From Gammaproteobacteria bacterium (GTDB lineage Bacteria > Pseudomonadota > Gammaproteobacteria > G965277405): 64,000 nucleotides of DNA. Below the pieces are notes generated by a model. It was not told the origin of the DNA. It searched no databases and was given only the letters and a program-made list of their open reading frames with translations. Shown here piece by piece: positions 20,783 through 31,329 of this stretch. Both the position numbers and the translations under genes were made by a program. The first letter of the stretch is position 1. The number at the start of each line of letters is the position of its first letter. The stretch covers positions 1,568,001 through 1,632,000 of the forward strand of contig OZ255726.1 in NCBI GenBank assembly GCA_965277405.1. The letters run 5' to 3'.

Positions 20783-23509
20783 TTATTGGCAAACATCACA
20801 TATTCCACTATCTTGATCATTTTTTTTCAGTGGTTTGTTGATGGTTTTGCTTGTAGACATTTCTGCCTGAGTTGCGCCGAGTGTGCGCAAGTAATACGTG
20901 CACTTCACCCCATTGCGCCATGCTGATTTATATAATTGATCCAGATCTCGACCTGAGGAGGTATCAAGATATAAATTGAGTGATTGTGATTGATCAATCC
21001 ATTTTTGCCGTCGCGCTGCTGCGCGCACCAACCATTGTTGATCTATTTCAAATGCGGTTTTAAACCGGCTACGAATTGCTGCTGGGATTTTTTCAATACT
21101 GCTAATGCTGCCTTGTTGCTCTTTCAGTAACTCTTGCATATCGGCGTCCCAAATACCTGATTTTTTAAGTTCGCCGATCAATTCTGGGTTAATTATAACG
21201 AATTCGCCTGAGAGCGTGCTAATGGTATGCAAATTGCTATACATCGGCTCGATTGAGCGGCTGGCACCAGTAATATTAGCTATTGTCGCCGTTGGCGCAA
21301 TTGCCATTACATTTGAGTTACGCATCCCTTGCTCCGCAACCTTTGCACGAATACCACTCCAATCTAGGCTTGATCCATAATTAAAAACTGAATATTTTGC
21401 GCCGCGTTGCTCCTCGAGCATTTTTAAAGAATCTATTGGAAAAATATCTTTGCTCCATAACGACCCAGCATAGCTTGGATATGCGCCACGTTCGCCAGCA
21501 AGGTCACTGGAAGCCTCGATCGCATACAAGCTAATGCTTTCCATTGAGAAATCGGCAAATTCAACGGCTGCATCTGAATCGTAGGTATACCCCAATATAT
21601 TTAGCGCGTCCTGAAACCCCATCAGCCCCAGACCAACTGGTCGATGCCGCATATTGGAGGTGCGCGCCTTGTCAACAGCATAAAAGTTAATATCAATCAC
21701 GTTATCTAACATCCGCACCGCTGTGCGTACTGTGCTGCGCAGACTCTGTTGATCAATGGCAATATTGCCGCTGGCATCAGTGTGCATGTGTCTGGCAATA
21801 TTTATAGAGCCAAGATTGCAGACAGCAATTTCGTCTTTATTAGTATTTAAGGTAATTTCTGTACACAAATTTGATGAGTGCACCACCCCTACATGCTGCT
21901 GCGGTGAGCGAATATTGCACGGGTCTTTAAACGTCAGCCATGGATGCCCTGTTTCAAACAACATTGTCAGCATTTTTCGCCATAAATAGACAGCTTGTAC
22001 CTCTTTACCAGCAATAATTTTTTGTTGCGCCTGACGCTCGTAATGCTGATAGCGTTGGCGAAATTCACTACCATAGACTTCGTGTAAATCTGGAGTTTCG
22101 TTTGGTGAGAACAAGGTCCATACACCATTTTCATGCACCCGTTGCATAAACAAATCTGGCACCCACAACGCCGTGTCAATATCTGGTGTTCTGCGGCGGT
22201 CGTCGCCAGTGTTTTTTCGCAACTCTAGAAATTCTTCGACGTCGCCGTGCCACACTTCTAAATACGCACAGACTGCCCCTTTGCGCTTGCCGCCTTGGTT
22301 GACAGCGCCCGCTGTTGCATCGAGAATATTTAAGAAGGGTACGACACCTTGGGAATGACCGTTCGTTCCTTTTATCCGTGAGTTGAGCGCGCGCACTGGG
22401 GTCCAATCGTTGCCTAGACCACCTGCCCATTTTGATAACATTGCGTTATCGTGAATGCTGTTAAAAATCCCGTCTAAATCATCAGGAATAGTTGTTAAAT
22501 AGCATGAGGACAGTTGGGGTCGCCGCGTACCAGCATTAAATAAAGTAGGCGTTGATGCCATATAACCAAACTGTGACAACAAATGATAAAACTCGATGGC
22601 CCGCGCTGTAGGTTGATCTTCATTAATTGCTAACCCCATTGCTACGCGCATATAAAATGTTTGCGGCAATTCAAATCGATTGCCATTTTTATGCAAAAAG
22701 TAGCGGTCTTCAAGTGTTTGTAACCCCACATATTGAAACTGTAAATCACGGCTGGGGACAATTTCCTTCCCCAGCGCTGCAAGGTCAAAGCGTGTTAGCA
22801 GCACCGGGTTTAGGAGCTCATGCTCAACGCCTATTTTTAGACCTGCTACAAATATCTCTGGGTATAATTGGTTTAAATGTGTGTGGTCAGCATGTTGGTG
22901 TACGCCAGTAAACAAACAGACACGGACAACCAAATAATCGAGCAGTACGCGAGCACTTGCATACGTTGCTTCTGGTACGCGTCCTACCAATGTGTGAATT
23001 TCAAGAATAATTTCTCGGGTAATGTCTTCATATGAAATATCTGGACACAAATTCTCCAACACCCGTTCAAAAATAATGCGAACATTTAATCCTGAGAAAG
23101 GCTCACAAACGGCGGCAATATAATCAAATAGCCACTTTTTATCTAATTGCGCAACAGTATTTCCTGCTGAATCAATGTACGGATACTCTTGCTTGTTATT
23201 TTTACTTCTGTTAAGAATTAATTGACGGGCAAATTTCTTATAATCCCGCGCAATAGATACCGCATATATAGCATCGGTCAGATGCTCTGGAAAGATATCA
23301 TTGCCAGGTCGCTCTTGCTGCTCTTGGTAAACTACTGCAGCTATAAAATCATCAAGATGGTCAATATGCTCAACATCATGCCTGCTGGTAATGGTAAAAA
23401 TGCTTTGTTTTAACTGCTGGTAATCAAATGGCTGCTGGTTGCCTTCGCTGTGTCGTATCGATTTGTTGGCGACGCTAATGATCTTCTGTTGTGTTGTGTC
23501 CACGTACAT
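20783..23509 (-). CDS. nrdA: Ribonucleotide reductase class Ia alpha subunit
   Basis: STPTLFNAG, QLSSCYL, SSNLCTEI, VCNLGS, AIAPTATI, TYYLR and C-terminal CDVCQ; degenerate ATP-cone region. Confidence 0.96.
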   Translation of the reverse strand: MYVDTTQQKIISVANKSIRHSEGNQQPFDYQQLKQSIFTITSRHDVEHIDHLDDFIAAVVYQEQQERPGNDIFPEHLTDAIYAVSIARDYKKFARQLILNRSKNNKQEYPYIDSAGNTVAQLDKKWLFDYIAAVCEPFSGLNVRIIFERVLENLCPDISYEDITREIILEIHTLVGRVPEATYASARVLLDYLVVRVCLFTGVHQHADHTHLNQLYPEIFVAGLKIGVEHELLNPVLLTRFDLAALGKEIVPSRDLQFQYVGLQTLEDRYFLHKNGNRFELPQTFYMRVAMGLAINEDQPTARAIEFYHLLSQFGYMASTPTLFNAGTRRPQLSSCYLTTIPDDLDGIFNSIHDNAMLSKWAGGLGNDWTPVRALNSRIKGTNGHSQGVVPFLNILDATAGAVNQGGKRKGAVCAYLEVWHGDVEEFLELRKNTGDDRRRTPDIDTALWVPDLFMQRVHENGVWTLFSPNETPDLHEVYGSEFRQRYQHYERQAQQKIIAGKEVQAVYLWRKMLTMLFETGHPWLTFKDPCNIRSPQQHVGVVHSSNLCTEITLNTNKDEIAVCNLGSINIARHMHTDASGNIAIDQQSLRSTVRTAVRMLDNVIDINFYAVDKARTSNMRHRPVGLGLMGFQDALNILGYTYDSDAAVEFADFSMESISLYAIEASSDLAGERGAYPSYAGSLWSKDIFPIDSLKMLEEQRGAKYSVFNYGSSLDWSGIRAKVAEQGMRNSNVMAIAPTATIANITGASRSIEPMYSNLHTISTLSGEFVIINPELIGELKKSGIWDADMQELLKEQQGSISSIEKIPAAIRSRFKTAFEIDQQWLVRAAARRQKWIDQSQSLNLYLDTSSGRDLDQLYKSAWRNGVKCTYYLRTLGATQAEMSTSKTINKPLKKNDQDSGICDVCQ

Positions 23510-23820
23510 GTTGCTGAGTATTATGTTGATTGGTTAAATACAGTCATATTATGCTGCTATTTCCTGCCAGCTACGGCAGCAAAACCCACGCAAAGCGTAT
23601 GTAGTGCAACTGATTTTTTAATGGAGGACTGTGTTGTTACTGTTATCTAATTATTGGGAGGCAGGCTCTATTATCGCGTGAACCTACCCGTGCTGTGATG
23701 TAACATATACATGTATAGTTGTATATTATTGGTGTTGAAGTGCCGATGTCACTCAACTGCAGCACAATGTTGTGCTGCAATGAATTATGTATTACCACTT
23801 CTTATTACTACAACTTACTA

Positions 23821-23877
23821 CCACAACATATAGTGTGTTTTTTTGTAATTTTGTTCTAAAAGCACTATATGTTGTTT
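23821..23877. promoter_or_regulatory. Tandem NrdR boxes upstream of nrdAB
   Basis: CCACAACATATAGTGT (23821-23836) and GCACTATATGTTGTTT (23862-23877) match consensus acaCwAtATaTwGtgt at 14/16 and 13/16, 41 bp apart. Confidence 0.8.
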
Positions 23878-24362
23878 TTATATTGTCAGAGCTTTGTAAT
23901 GATTGCAATACGATATTACCTGGCACAACATGCCCTTACCAGCAAAGCCATTGTTTACCGCAACTTTCATCTAAAAAAAAATTCTCTGATTTCTTGCCGA
24001 TATCATTGACATATATTTTTTGTGAAAATATAGGGATACCGTAATAATCGTCCCGAATTTGTAATACAAATGCACGAGAAATAATGATGAAATATCAAGG
24101 ATATATAATTTTAAGCTAGCCTCATTGCCTGGGCAGGCCTTGGTAGGACGCCAGCACAACTGCCATTACTCATGCTCACAACATGCACGGTCAGTGCTGC
24201 AGCATGCGCTTGCTTACATATTGTATTTACTAAATGCTGATGATCGTTGTCAATACCGAGCTTCCCTAATGATGTGTCACCAACACCAACAATATTGGAC
24301 TGGATGCCGCATCGTTGTTACTCCGTCTCACCCATCTTGGACTGCAGCAGAGTTACCATAAT

Positions 24363-25049
24363 TTAGCAGGCAGGTATCACGGCCTGTGTGGCGATTTTAG
24401 GGAGTGGCAAATCGAGGCGCTCCCAGGTGGAGCAGTATTTTTGTAGTGCTGCGTCTGGATTGACCACAACCGGATGTGCAACACGCTGCAGCAACGGCAG
24501 ATCGTTGATTGAGTCTGAATAAAACCAAGTGTTTGCATACGATAAATCGGGCTTGGCGGCGAACCATTGTTCAACGACGACGCATTTGCCAACATTGAAT
24601 GTTGCGGTGCCGAGAATTTTCCCAGTAAAACGACCTGCCACTTGTGCTAGCATCGTTCCAAATGCCGCGTCCACATCAAACAGCTGTGCTGCGGCTTTGA
24701 CCAAATACATATTTGATGCTGAAACGATAATAATATCATCGCCTGCGGCGCGATGTTGCGCAATCCGCTCAACAAGTTCAGGGTATATCCAATATTGGAC
24801 AACGGTTTCCATATATTCTTGCAACAATACTGTGCGTTGTGCACCGACAGCATTCAAGACATCTGCAACGAACACAATATAGTCGGTCATCTGCAATTCG
24901 CCGGTATCATACAAGCGCATGAAGCCACGGTTACGTTGCTCATACCACTGTGCATCTACCACGTTTTTGTGGATCAAAAATCGCCCCCAACCGTAATCGC
25001 TGTCCGCAGCAATCAGCGTTTTATCTAAATCAAAGACAGCTAATTGCAT
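24363..25049 (-). CDS. HAD-IB family hydrolase (possible histidinol-phosphatase)
   Basis: FDLDKTLI, IVSAS and FYSDSINDLPLL motifs. Confidence 0.88.
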   Translation of the reverse strand: MQLAVFDLDKTLIAADSDYGWGRFLIHKNVVDAQWYEQRNRGFMRLYDTGELQMTDYIVFVADVLNAVGAQRTVLLQEYMETVVQYWIYPELVERIAQHRAAGDDIIIVSASNMYLVKAAAQLFDVDAAFGTMLAQVAGRFTGKILGTATFNVGKCVVVEQWFAAKPDLSYANTWFYSDSINDLPLLQRVAHPVVVNPDAALQKYCSTWERLDLPLPKIATQAVIPAC

Positions 25050-25062
25050 GGCTATGAACTAA

Positions 25063-25346
25063 GGAAGCTCTGATTAACTTGCTGATGGAGCGAGGTTGCC
25101 TGCAATTGCTGATGATTGCAAGGCGCATTCCGCAGGTGCATGCCGTAGCATATACGCCAAGGGATGCAACACAGCAAGTACCGCTTGTAGGCAAACCATC
25201 ATATATTCAATAGAAGGACGGGAAAAAACGCTGCGATCCGTTGTTGCAGAACTTGATAATACCACCAGTATTATCTGCGCACTGCGTCTAGTTATCATCA
25301 GCGTTTTTTCTCCGTCTCGCCCATCATGGACTTAATCAGAGCTTCC
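25063..25346 (+). mobile_element. Complete MITE copy overlapping the argF 3' end
   Basis: TIRs GGAAGCTCTGATTAA / TTAATCAGAGCTTCC; CTAA duplication at 25059-25062 and 25347-25350. Confidence 0.95.
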
Positions 25347-26248
25347 CTAAGTGAAATCATCAACGCTTTTTGGCTATGCAACCGATTTTCTGTGCCATGC
25401 CAAACCCCAGAGCATGCGTCATGCAATACATATTCATCGACTTCTTCACCGCGGTTTGCGGGTAAACAATGCAAAAACAATACATTTGTACTTGCTTGTG
25501 CGATCAATGCTCTATTGACTTGATACGGGGAAAACTTCATATTTCTTGCTGCTGACCCCGTATCACCCATCGAAGCCCAGACATCGGTAACGATTAAATC
25601 TGCACCGCGCACTGCTACCACAGGGTCTGCTTCTTTGGTATAATTCCTGCCATATTGCGCGACTATGGCTTGGTCAGGTTCATAGCCATCAGGACCGGCG
25701 TGAACCAGTTCAAATTTGAGCAAATATGAGGCTTCAATATATGAGTTAAGAATATTATTGCCGTCGCCCATATAGGCGACTTTCCTTCCTGCAATATCGC
25801 CGCGCAATTCAGAAAATGTTTGCATATCCGCAATGATTTCACACGGGTGATGCGTGTCTGTTAAGCCGTTGATAACTGGCACTTTGGCTACAGCTGCAAA
25901 CCTCTCTACCTCAGCTTGCTCAAAGGTGCGAATCATCACCATATCGACCATTGATGTCACCGCCATTGCAGTGTCTTCAATCGATTCGTTGCGGCTCAAC
26001 TGCAATGCATCTCTTTGTAAAAACATCGCGTGACCACCAAGATGGTAAAACCCAGCCTCAAATGACACCCGCGTGCGTGTGGAAGGTTTTGCAAAAATCA
26101 TTGCCAAGGTTTTGCCCTGAAATACCTTGGGGTTTTTTCCTTGGTAATGATCCCGCTTAATTTGCTTTGCGGCATCTATCAGTGCCACAAATGACTGGGC
26201 TGATAGGTCAGCTATTCTCAAAAAATGTTTCATAAATATAGTTGTCAC
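25298..26248 (-). CDS. argF: Ornithine carbamoyltransferase with MITE-derived C-terminal tail
   Basis: KPSTRTRVSF, HPCE, TDVWASMG, FLHCLPA and ENRLH motifs; the last 16 codons lie in the element. Confidence 0.95.
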   Translation of the reverse strand: MTTIFMKHFLRIADLSAQSFVALIDAAKQIKRDHYQGKNPKVFQGKTLAMIFAKPSTRTRVSFEAGFYHLGGHAMFLQRDALQLSRNESIEDTAMAVTSMVDMVMIRTFEQAEVERFAAVAKVPVINGLTDTHHPCEIIADMQTFSELRGDIAGRKVAYMGDGNNILNSYIEASYLLKFELVHAGPDGYEPDQAIVAQYGRNYTKEADPVVAVRGADLIVTDVWASMGDTGSAARNMKFSPYQVNRALIAQASTNVLFLHCLPANRGEEVDEYVLHDACSGVWHGTENRLHSQKALMISLREALIKSMMGETEKKR

Positions 26249-27849
26249 TCAACTGGTTGGAATGCTTGCAATGTGAAGGCACGCTCGTTTTTTATTTGTT
26301 CAATTTGTTTTTTGACAACTTCAGATTGCTTATTCGCAATCCCGTTATTATCGATGCCAGTAATCCGGCTACAATTATCCGTGCAGACAGAGCGTAATGG
26401 ATAACATTGCGGGTTCGATTGCTGCGCCAGGGCATATTTTAATTGTAATTCCCATAGGCCTGCAACGGTGTTTCCTGCAACAATTTTCCCTTGCACTTTA
26501 AATAACAACGCCTCTAGCACTTGGGCGTTGGTGTTCAGCGTATGGCTTGCTATCAACTCCTGACTCCTTTCATACACGCCTTCATACAGACCACGCTCTT
26601 GGTGTATTAGCGCACTGGCGCGATTAAACAACATTGTGGTAAACGGCGAATCCCATAATACCCACATTGCAATAGCTGCTTTGGTAGTCATTGCCGTATA
26701 TTGCGGCACACCTTCGCCGAGCTCATTAATTGTATTCCACGCTTTTCCATTAGCATATATTGTGTCATACACAAAATACGGCGGTCCTGGTAATTCGTAT
26801 TCGCTCTTAGCTGTGAGTAAGCTGGTACGCTCAAAGCGTTGGCGTTGCGCTGTATATAAACGTTGGGCTTGTTGATACGAAAAAGTGTCTGTGTACAGAG
26901 TTTCCTTGCTGGTGGTGTCGCGTGGGTTATCCCAAGCATATTCAATGCCGTCGAGCAAATAACTATCGGCCATCAAAAAACTCTTCTCGCTGAGGCTATT
27001 GACATCACGGCTATCAATGTAGACATTTTGTTTCTCAACTTGTACTTGTATTACCGGCTCAATTGTTGCTGCAGCGTCTGCATTAAACCCCCACATCCGA
27101 AACCCTTTCGCAGCATATTCTTCATAGCCCAGCCGCCCCTGTTGCAATACATGCAGTACATTATCACGATCTATGGAACCAGCGTATAATACACCTTGAT
27201 CTATAACCCCACAATAATTCCAGCGCAAGGTGATTCGATCTATCAATCCAGCAAGTTCTGGGTTTTTCTCACGCAATATACGCAACCAAGTAAGCAAGCG
27301 GCCAATCTCAATCGGCGAATAACCAAATTCGCCTGCTTTACCTTTATAATTGATTGGCTTCCCTGAATTAACTGAGTAAAACCTATTGGGAATTTTATCT
27401 TGAAACAACTTCTGTTGGTGTAAAGTAAGCAGCAAGGCGTTCACGCGCCGGCGATACTCAATATTGTCAATAAGCTGCAGTTGTACTGCCGACACCAACG
27501 CCGCAATTGTTGAGCCCACATGCCACATGCTGGCAACAGGTTCATGGTGTATTGCATTGACTAGTCCTGTTTTTGGATTGGTGTTGGCAATAAAATACTG
27601 CCAAGCTACGCCTGCAAGCTGCTGTTCTTCAATTGATAATGGACCGTGACGAGGGTGTATTTGTAGCACATTTTCTTGTAGCACCCGCCCTGAAACATGC
27701 TTAAATTGCTTGAGGGTTGCCGCTCCATACACGCTACCTTTTTCTGTAATATAGCTATATCCACTGGTCCATATGTCATTTGACGCCACCCACAACACTA
27801 CTACAATCAGCAGTCCTTTTCTGGAGAGAACACGTGAAAATAACTGCAT
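26245..27849 (-). CDS. DUF3131-like exported protein (putative glycoside hydrolase fold)
   Basis: AWQYFIANTNPKTGLVN, SMWHVGS, GRLGYEEYAAKGF and YFVYDT motifs; N-terminal TM. Confidence 0.7.
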   Translation of the reverse strand: MQLFSRVLSRKGLLIVVVLWVASNDIWTSGYSYITEKGSVYGAATLKQFKHVSGRVLQENVLQIHPRHGPLSIEEQQLAGVAWQYFIANTNPKTGLVNAIHHEPVASMWHVGSTIAALVSAVQLQLIDNIEYRRRVNALLLTLHQQKLFQDKIPNRFYSVNSGKPINYKGKAGEFGYSPIEIGRLLTWLRILREKNPELAGLIDRITLRWNYCGVIDQGVLYAGSIDRDNVLHVLQQGRLGYEEYAAKGFRMWGFNADAAATIEPVIQVQVEKQNVYIDSRDVNSLSEKSFLMADSYLLDGIEYAWDNPRDTTSKETLYTDTFSYQQAQRLYTAQRQRFERTSLLTAKSEYELPGPPYFVYDTIYANGKAWNTINELGEGVPQYTAMTTKAAIAMWVLWDSPFTTMLFNRASALIHQERGLYEGVYERSQELIASHTLNTNAQVLEALLFKVQGKIVAGNTVAGLWELQLKYALAQQSNPQCYPLRSVCTDNCSRITGIDNNGIANKQSEVVKKQIEQIKNERAFTLQAFQPVE

Positions 27850-27876
27850 GGCTATTAGCAGGGACTTTCCATGAAT

Positions 27877-28353
27877 TTACACATATTCCACAACCTCTAT
27901 TTCATAGTCAATGTCACCGCTTGGTGTTGTCACAGTCACAATATCGTCAACTTCTTTTCCCATCAACGCACGTGCAATTGGCGAAGTTACAGAAAGTTTT
28001 TGCACGGCAACATCGGCCTCATCCTCTCCGACTATTCGCCATGTTAAACTTTTATCAGTAGCACAATTTAAAATAGTAACCGTTGTGCCAAACACCACTT
28101 TGTTACTTGGAGTAAGCGAGGTAATATCAATCACTTGCGCTGCACTAATCCGTCCTTCTATGTCGCTAATCCGCGCTTCATTCAGACCTTGTTCCTCACG
28201 GGCAGCGTGGTATTCGGCATTCTCCTTCAAGTCGCCATGCGCACGCGCTTCAGCAATAGCATTGGTGATGCGCGGACGATCTATTTTAGTTCGCTGAGCT
28301 AATTCGTGGCGTAAGGCCTCAAGCCCAGCTGGAGTCATTGGATAACGCTGCAT
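27877..28353 (-). CDS. greA: Transcription elongation factor GreA
   Basis: [17 protein letters not shown] and [10 protein letters not shown] motifs. Confidence 0.97.
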   Translation of the reverse strand: MQRYPMTPAGLEALRHELAQRTKIDRPRITNAIAEARAHGDLKENAEYHAAREEQGLNEARISDIEGRISAAQVIDITSLTPSNKVVFGTTVTILNCATDKSLTWRIVGEDEADVAVQKLSVTSPIARALMGKEVDDIVTVTTPSGDIDYEIEVVEYV

Positions 28354-28634
28354 AATTCAATTCAAATTAAATGATGTTGCACATGTTGCCATGCCAGAAA
28401 AGAGTTCAAAGGAGATAGTGGCTTGTGGTATGGAATTATTTACTGCTGCAAGCTATACATCATCAATGACACATGTTGAGTGAGTATAGTAATCGCCTCA
28501 AATAGAGTTGCCATAAATCAAGCGGATTGATTGTCACCAACTATGATAATTATGTCTTCATGAAATACCAGCGTAGTCAACATCACTCAATATACCAGCG
28601 ATCAGGCATATTTACAATTTAAGATGGACAACTA

Positions 28635-28911
28635 GTAAGCTCTGATTAACTTGCTGATGGATCGAGTTTGCCTGCAATTGCTGATGATTGCAAGGCGCAT
28701 TCCGCAGGTGCATGCCGTAGCATATACGCCAAGGGATGCAACACAGCAAGTACCGCTGCAGCAAACCGTTATATATTCAACAGAAGGACGGGAAAAAACG
28801 CTGCGCGCCGTCGTTGCAGCACTTGGTAATACCCACCAGACCCACCAGTATTATCTGCGTACTACGCTTAAGTTATCATCAGCGTTTTTTCTCCGTCTCG
28901 CCCATCATGGA
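28635..28911 (+). mobile_element. Near-complete MITE copy lacking the right TIR, abutting the rne stop
   Basis: Full internal sequence is present and ends at CCCATCATGGA, about 6 bp from the rne TAG. Confidence 0.9.
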
Positions 28912-28916
28912 GTCAA

Positions 28917-30629
28917 CTAACGGCTGCGATTTACTGGATTATTTTGCTTGCGCCTGCGGCGTTGTTGTTGCGTCTGTCTTTTGTTACGGTTTTGTTGTTG
29001 CATTGGTTTTGGCGGCGTTTTCTCTGCAGAAAACAGTGATTGTAATACACGGATGAACGCAGATGATGGCTTGACAACCTTGATGCTACTATTATCAATT
29101 TTAGGCTTCATATGGCGATGAATGGTATTGCGTAAGGCGGCGTTGACGTCTGCTGTATGTAATTCAACGTGGGTATTATTGCTAATCACAAACGATTTAT
29201 TGTCTTCGTCAATCCGCGTGATTTCAAACCACGGCGGGAGCATTTCAGCAGATGGTAGAATAATAATGCTCAGGCTAAATACATTTTCTAGTTCAGCAAT
29301 TTGTTCCTTCTTCTCATTTAAAATATACGTTGCGGTGCTCAACGGTAACGATGCCCGTAGTTGTGCTACTTTATCTTTACATGCCTGCTCTTGCAGAATA
29401 CGAATAATGGAGAGCGCAAATGATTCTGTACTGCGTATAAAGCCATTACCGTGGCAACGTGGACAACTCATTGTTGTCGATTCCGACAAAGAAGAACGGA
29501 GGCGTTGCCGTGACATCTCTAATAAACCAAATTTGGATATACCGCCAATTTGAATGCGGGCACGATCAATTTTTAAGGCGCTTTGTAGCGTGTCTTCAAC
29601 GATTTTTTGATTCTTGGTTTGCGTCATATCAATGAAGTCAATAATGATGAGTCCGCCAATATCGCGCAGCCTGAGTTGACGTGCTATTTCTACTGCAGCC
29701 TCAACGTTGGTTTGCAAGGCTGTATCTTCAATGCTTTTTCCTTTGGTTGCTCGTGATGAGTTGATATCTATTGCGACAAGTGCCTCTGTGGTGTCAATTA
29801 TAAGGGATCCACCAGAAGGGAGTTGTACTTCACGGAGAAAAGCAGTGTTGAACTGCTCTTCTATTTGATGCCGAGAGAATAAAGGAATTAATTCGTCGTC
29901 ATACAGCTTTATCCGCTCACGCAAACTGGAATGGAGTTTTGACACTTGCTCAATCATTTCTGCGTATATTGTCGGGTCGTCAATAATACATTCTTCGACA
30001 TCGTCAAAGAAGTAATCACGAATAACACGGCTGACTAAATTATTCTCTTGATAAATTAAGCAAGGTTTGTCTTGTTGTGCTGCGACATCTTGTATGGTCT
30101 GCCAAAGCGCCCCAAGGTAGTTAAGGTCAACAGTAATATCACCAATAGGTCGATCCAAGCCTGCGGTTCGCATGATAATGCTAGCACCACTAGGGACGGT
30201 AAGTTGTGCAATAATCGACTTCATTGCTTGACGATCATGCTCTGATACCCGACGGCTGATACCGCCACCATTTGGCTTATTCCCTAAAAACACTAAATAT
30301 CGACCTGCTAAAGAGATATATGTAGTGAGTGCTGCTCCTTTAGTGGCACGTTCCTCTTTTTCTACTTGGACAAGTATTTTTTGACCTTCTTGGATATCAG
30401 CAATGTTGGCGATATCTTTAAATGGTAAAAAACCATGTTTTTCTGTGCCAAAATTAACAAACGCAGCATCGAGGCTGTTTTCAATACGGGTAATAATGCC
30501 GACATAAACGCTTGATTTTATCTGGTACTTACGTGCTGACTCTATTTCGACATCATACAGCCAATTGTCTTCGACTAAAGCAACACGTTGCTCTTCGCTG
30601 TGTGTTGCATTGATAAGAATTTTTTTCAT
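28917..30629 (-). CDS. rne: Ribonuclease E (compact, 570 aa)
   Basis: AAFVNFG, KGAALTT, IDINSSRAT, LRDIGGLIIIDFIDM and CPRCHG motifs, then an amphipathic helix and an Arg-rich tail. Confidence 0.93.
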   Translation of the reverse strand: MKKILINATHSEEQRVALVEDNWLYDVEIESARKYQIKSSVYVGIITRIENSLDAAFVNFGTEKHGFLPFKDIANIADIQEGQKILVQVEKEERATKGAALTTYISLAGRYLVFLGNKPNGGGISRRVSEHDRQAMKSIIAQLTVPSGASIIMRTAGLDRPIGDITVDLNYLGALWQTIQDVAAQQDKPCLIYQENNLVSRVIRDYFFDDVEECIIDDPTIYAEMIEQVSKLHSSLRERIKLYDDELIPLFSRHQIEEQFNTAFLREVQLPSGGSLIIDTTEALVAIDINSSRATKGKSIEDTALQTNVEAAVEIARQLRLRDIGGLIIIDFIDMTQTKNQKIVEDTLQSALKIDRARIQIGGISKFGLLEMSRQRLRSSLSESTTMSCPRCHGNGFIRSTESFALSIIRILQEQACKDKVAQLRASLPLSTATYILNEKKEQIAELENVFSLSIIILPSAEMLPPWFEITRIDEDNKSFVISNNTHVELHTADVNAALRNTIHRHMKPKIDNSSIKVVKPSSAFIRVLQSLFSAEKTPPKPMQQQNRNKRQTQQQRRRRKQNNPVNRSR

Positions 30630-31329
30630 AAAGGGTCTCCATTAAAAACCCTCTGTAACGGTGCAAAACGTTTGTTTGGTAATACCTATCTACAAAAACA
30701 AATACTGCTGAGCCTATTAAGACCCTGGTCATTTTTGCAGTATTATTCAAACCATTAAGTAACATTGAATATGTAAATTGAAGTGATAAACATCAAGGTG
30801 TTTAGATAGAAAGGTAGGATGTGTGTGTATTATATTTATTTCCCAAACAACGACTCATCCATACGAGGGTGTTGAAAATACTACTAATTTGGTTTGCAAA
30901 TACCTGTCTTGTGAATCTTTAAAAGCCAGTTACTTGCATCGTGCAGCGTACTGCGAACGAGGCATAGCCAGTATTCACGCGAATGCATTGATGGTGTTCG
31001 TAAGTCATATAAAAATTGGTAGCATATAAATCCTATTCAAGGATATAAGCCAAAATTTATGGCTTCTTTGAAACATCATTGCATGGTGATCATTCAATAT
31101 TTGCTACAAAATGTATTCGGACAGTGCTTCTTGTGTGATAAGAGTGCAAAGACATTTTCACTATTGTACGCTATAAACCGGTTGAACGGTTATGTAATAA
31201 TCAAATATTCGCACCTTAGATGTCAAAACTACACACGTTGTTTACAAAAACCAACAATTCTAGCAGTTGGTGGTAGATTCCATAAAGCGGAATGTGTGCG
31301 ACTGAGGTTATAGCTGTTAAGATATTTTG

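Noticed and set aside
23510-24361. Short ORFs in the nrdA upstream region
   Set aside because: Cys-rich, atypical composition and no motifs; likely non-coding or eroded DNA.
25074-25335. Small ORFs of 60-106 aa recurring inside each MITE copy (also near 12537, 28651, 48473, 53297, 63008)
   Set aside because: Starts, lengths and frames differ between copies because of indels; there is no transposase or toxin motif. Treated as incidental.
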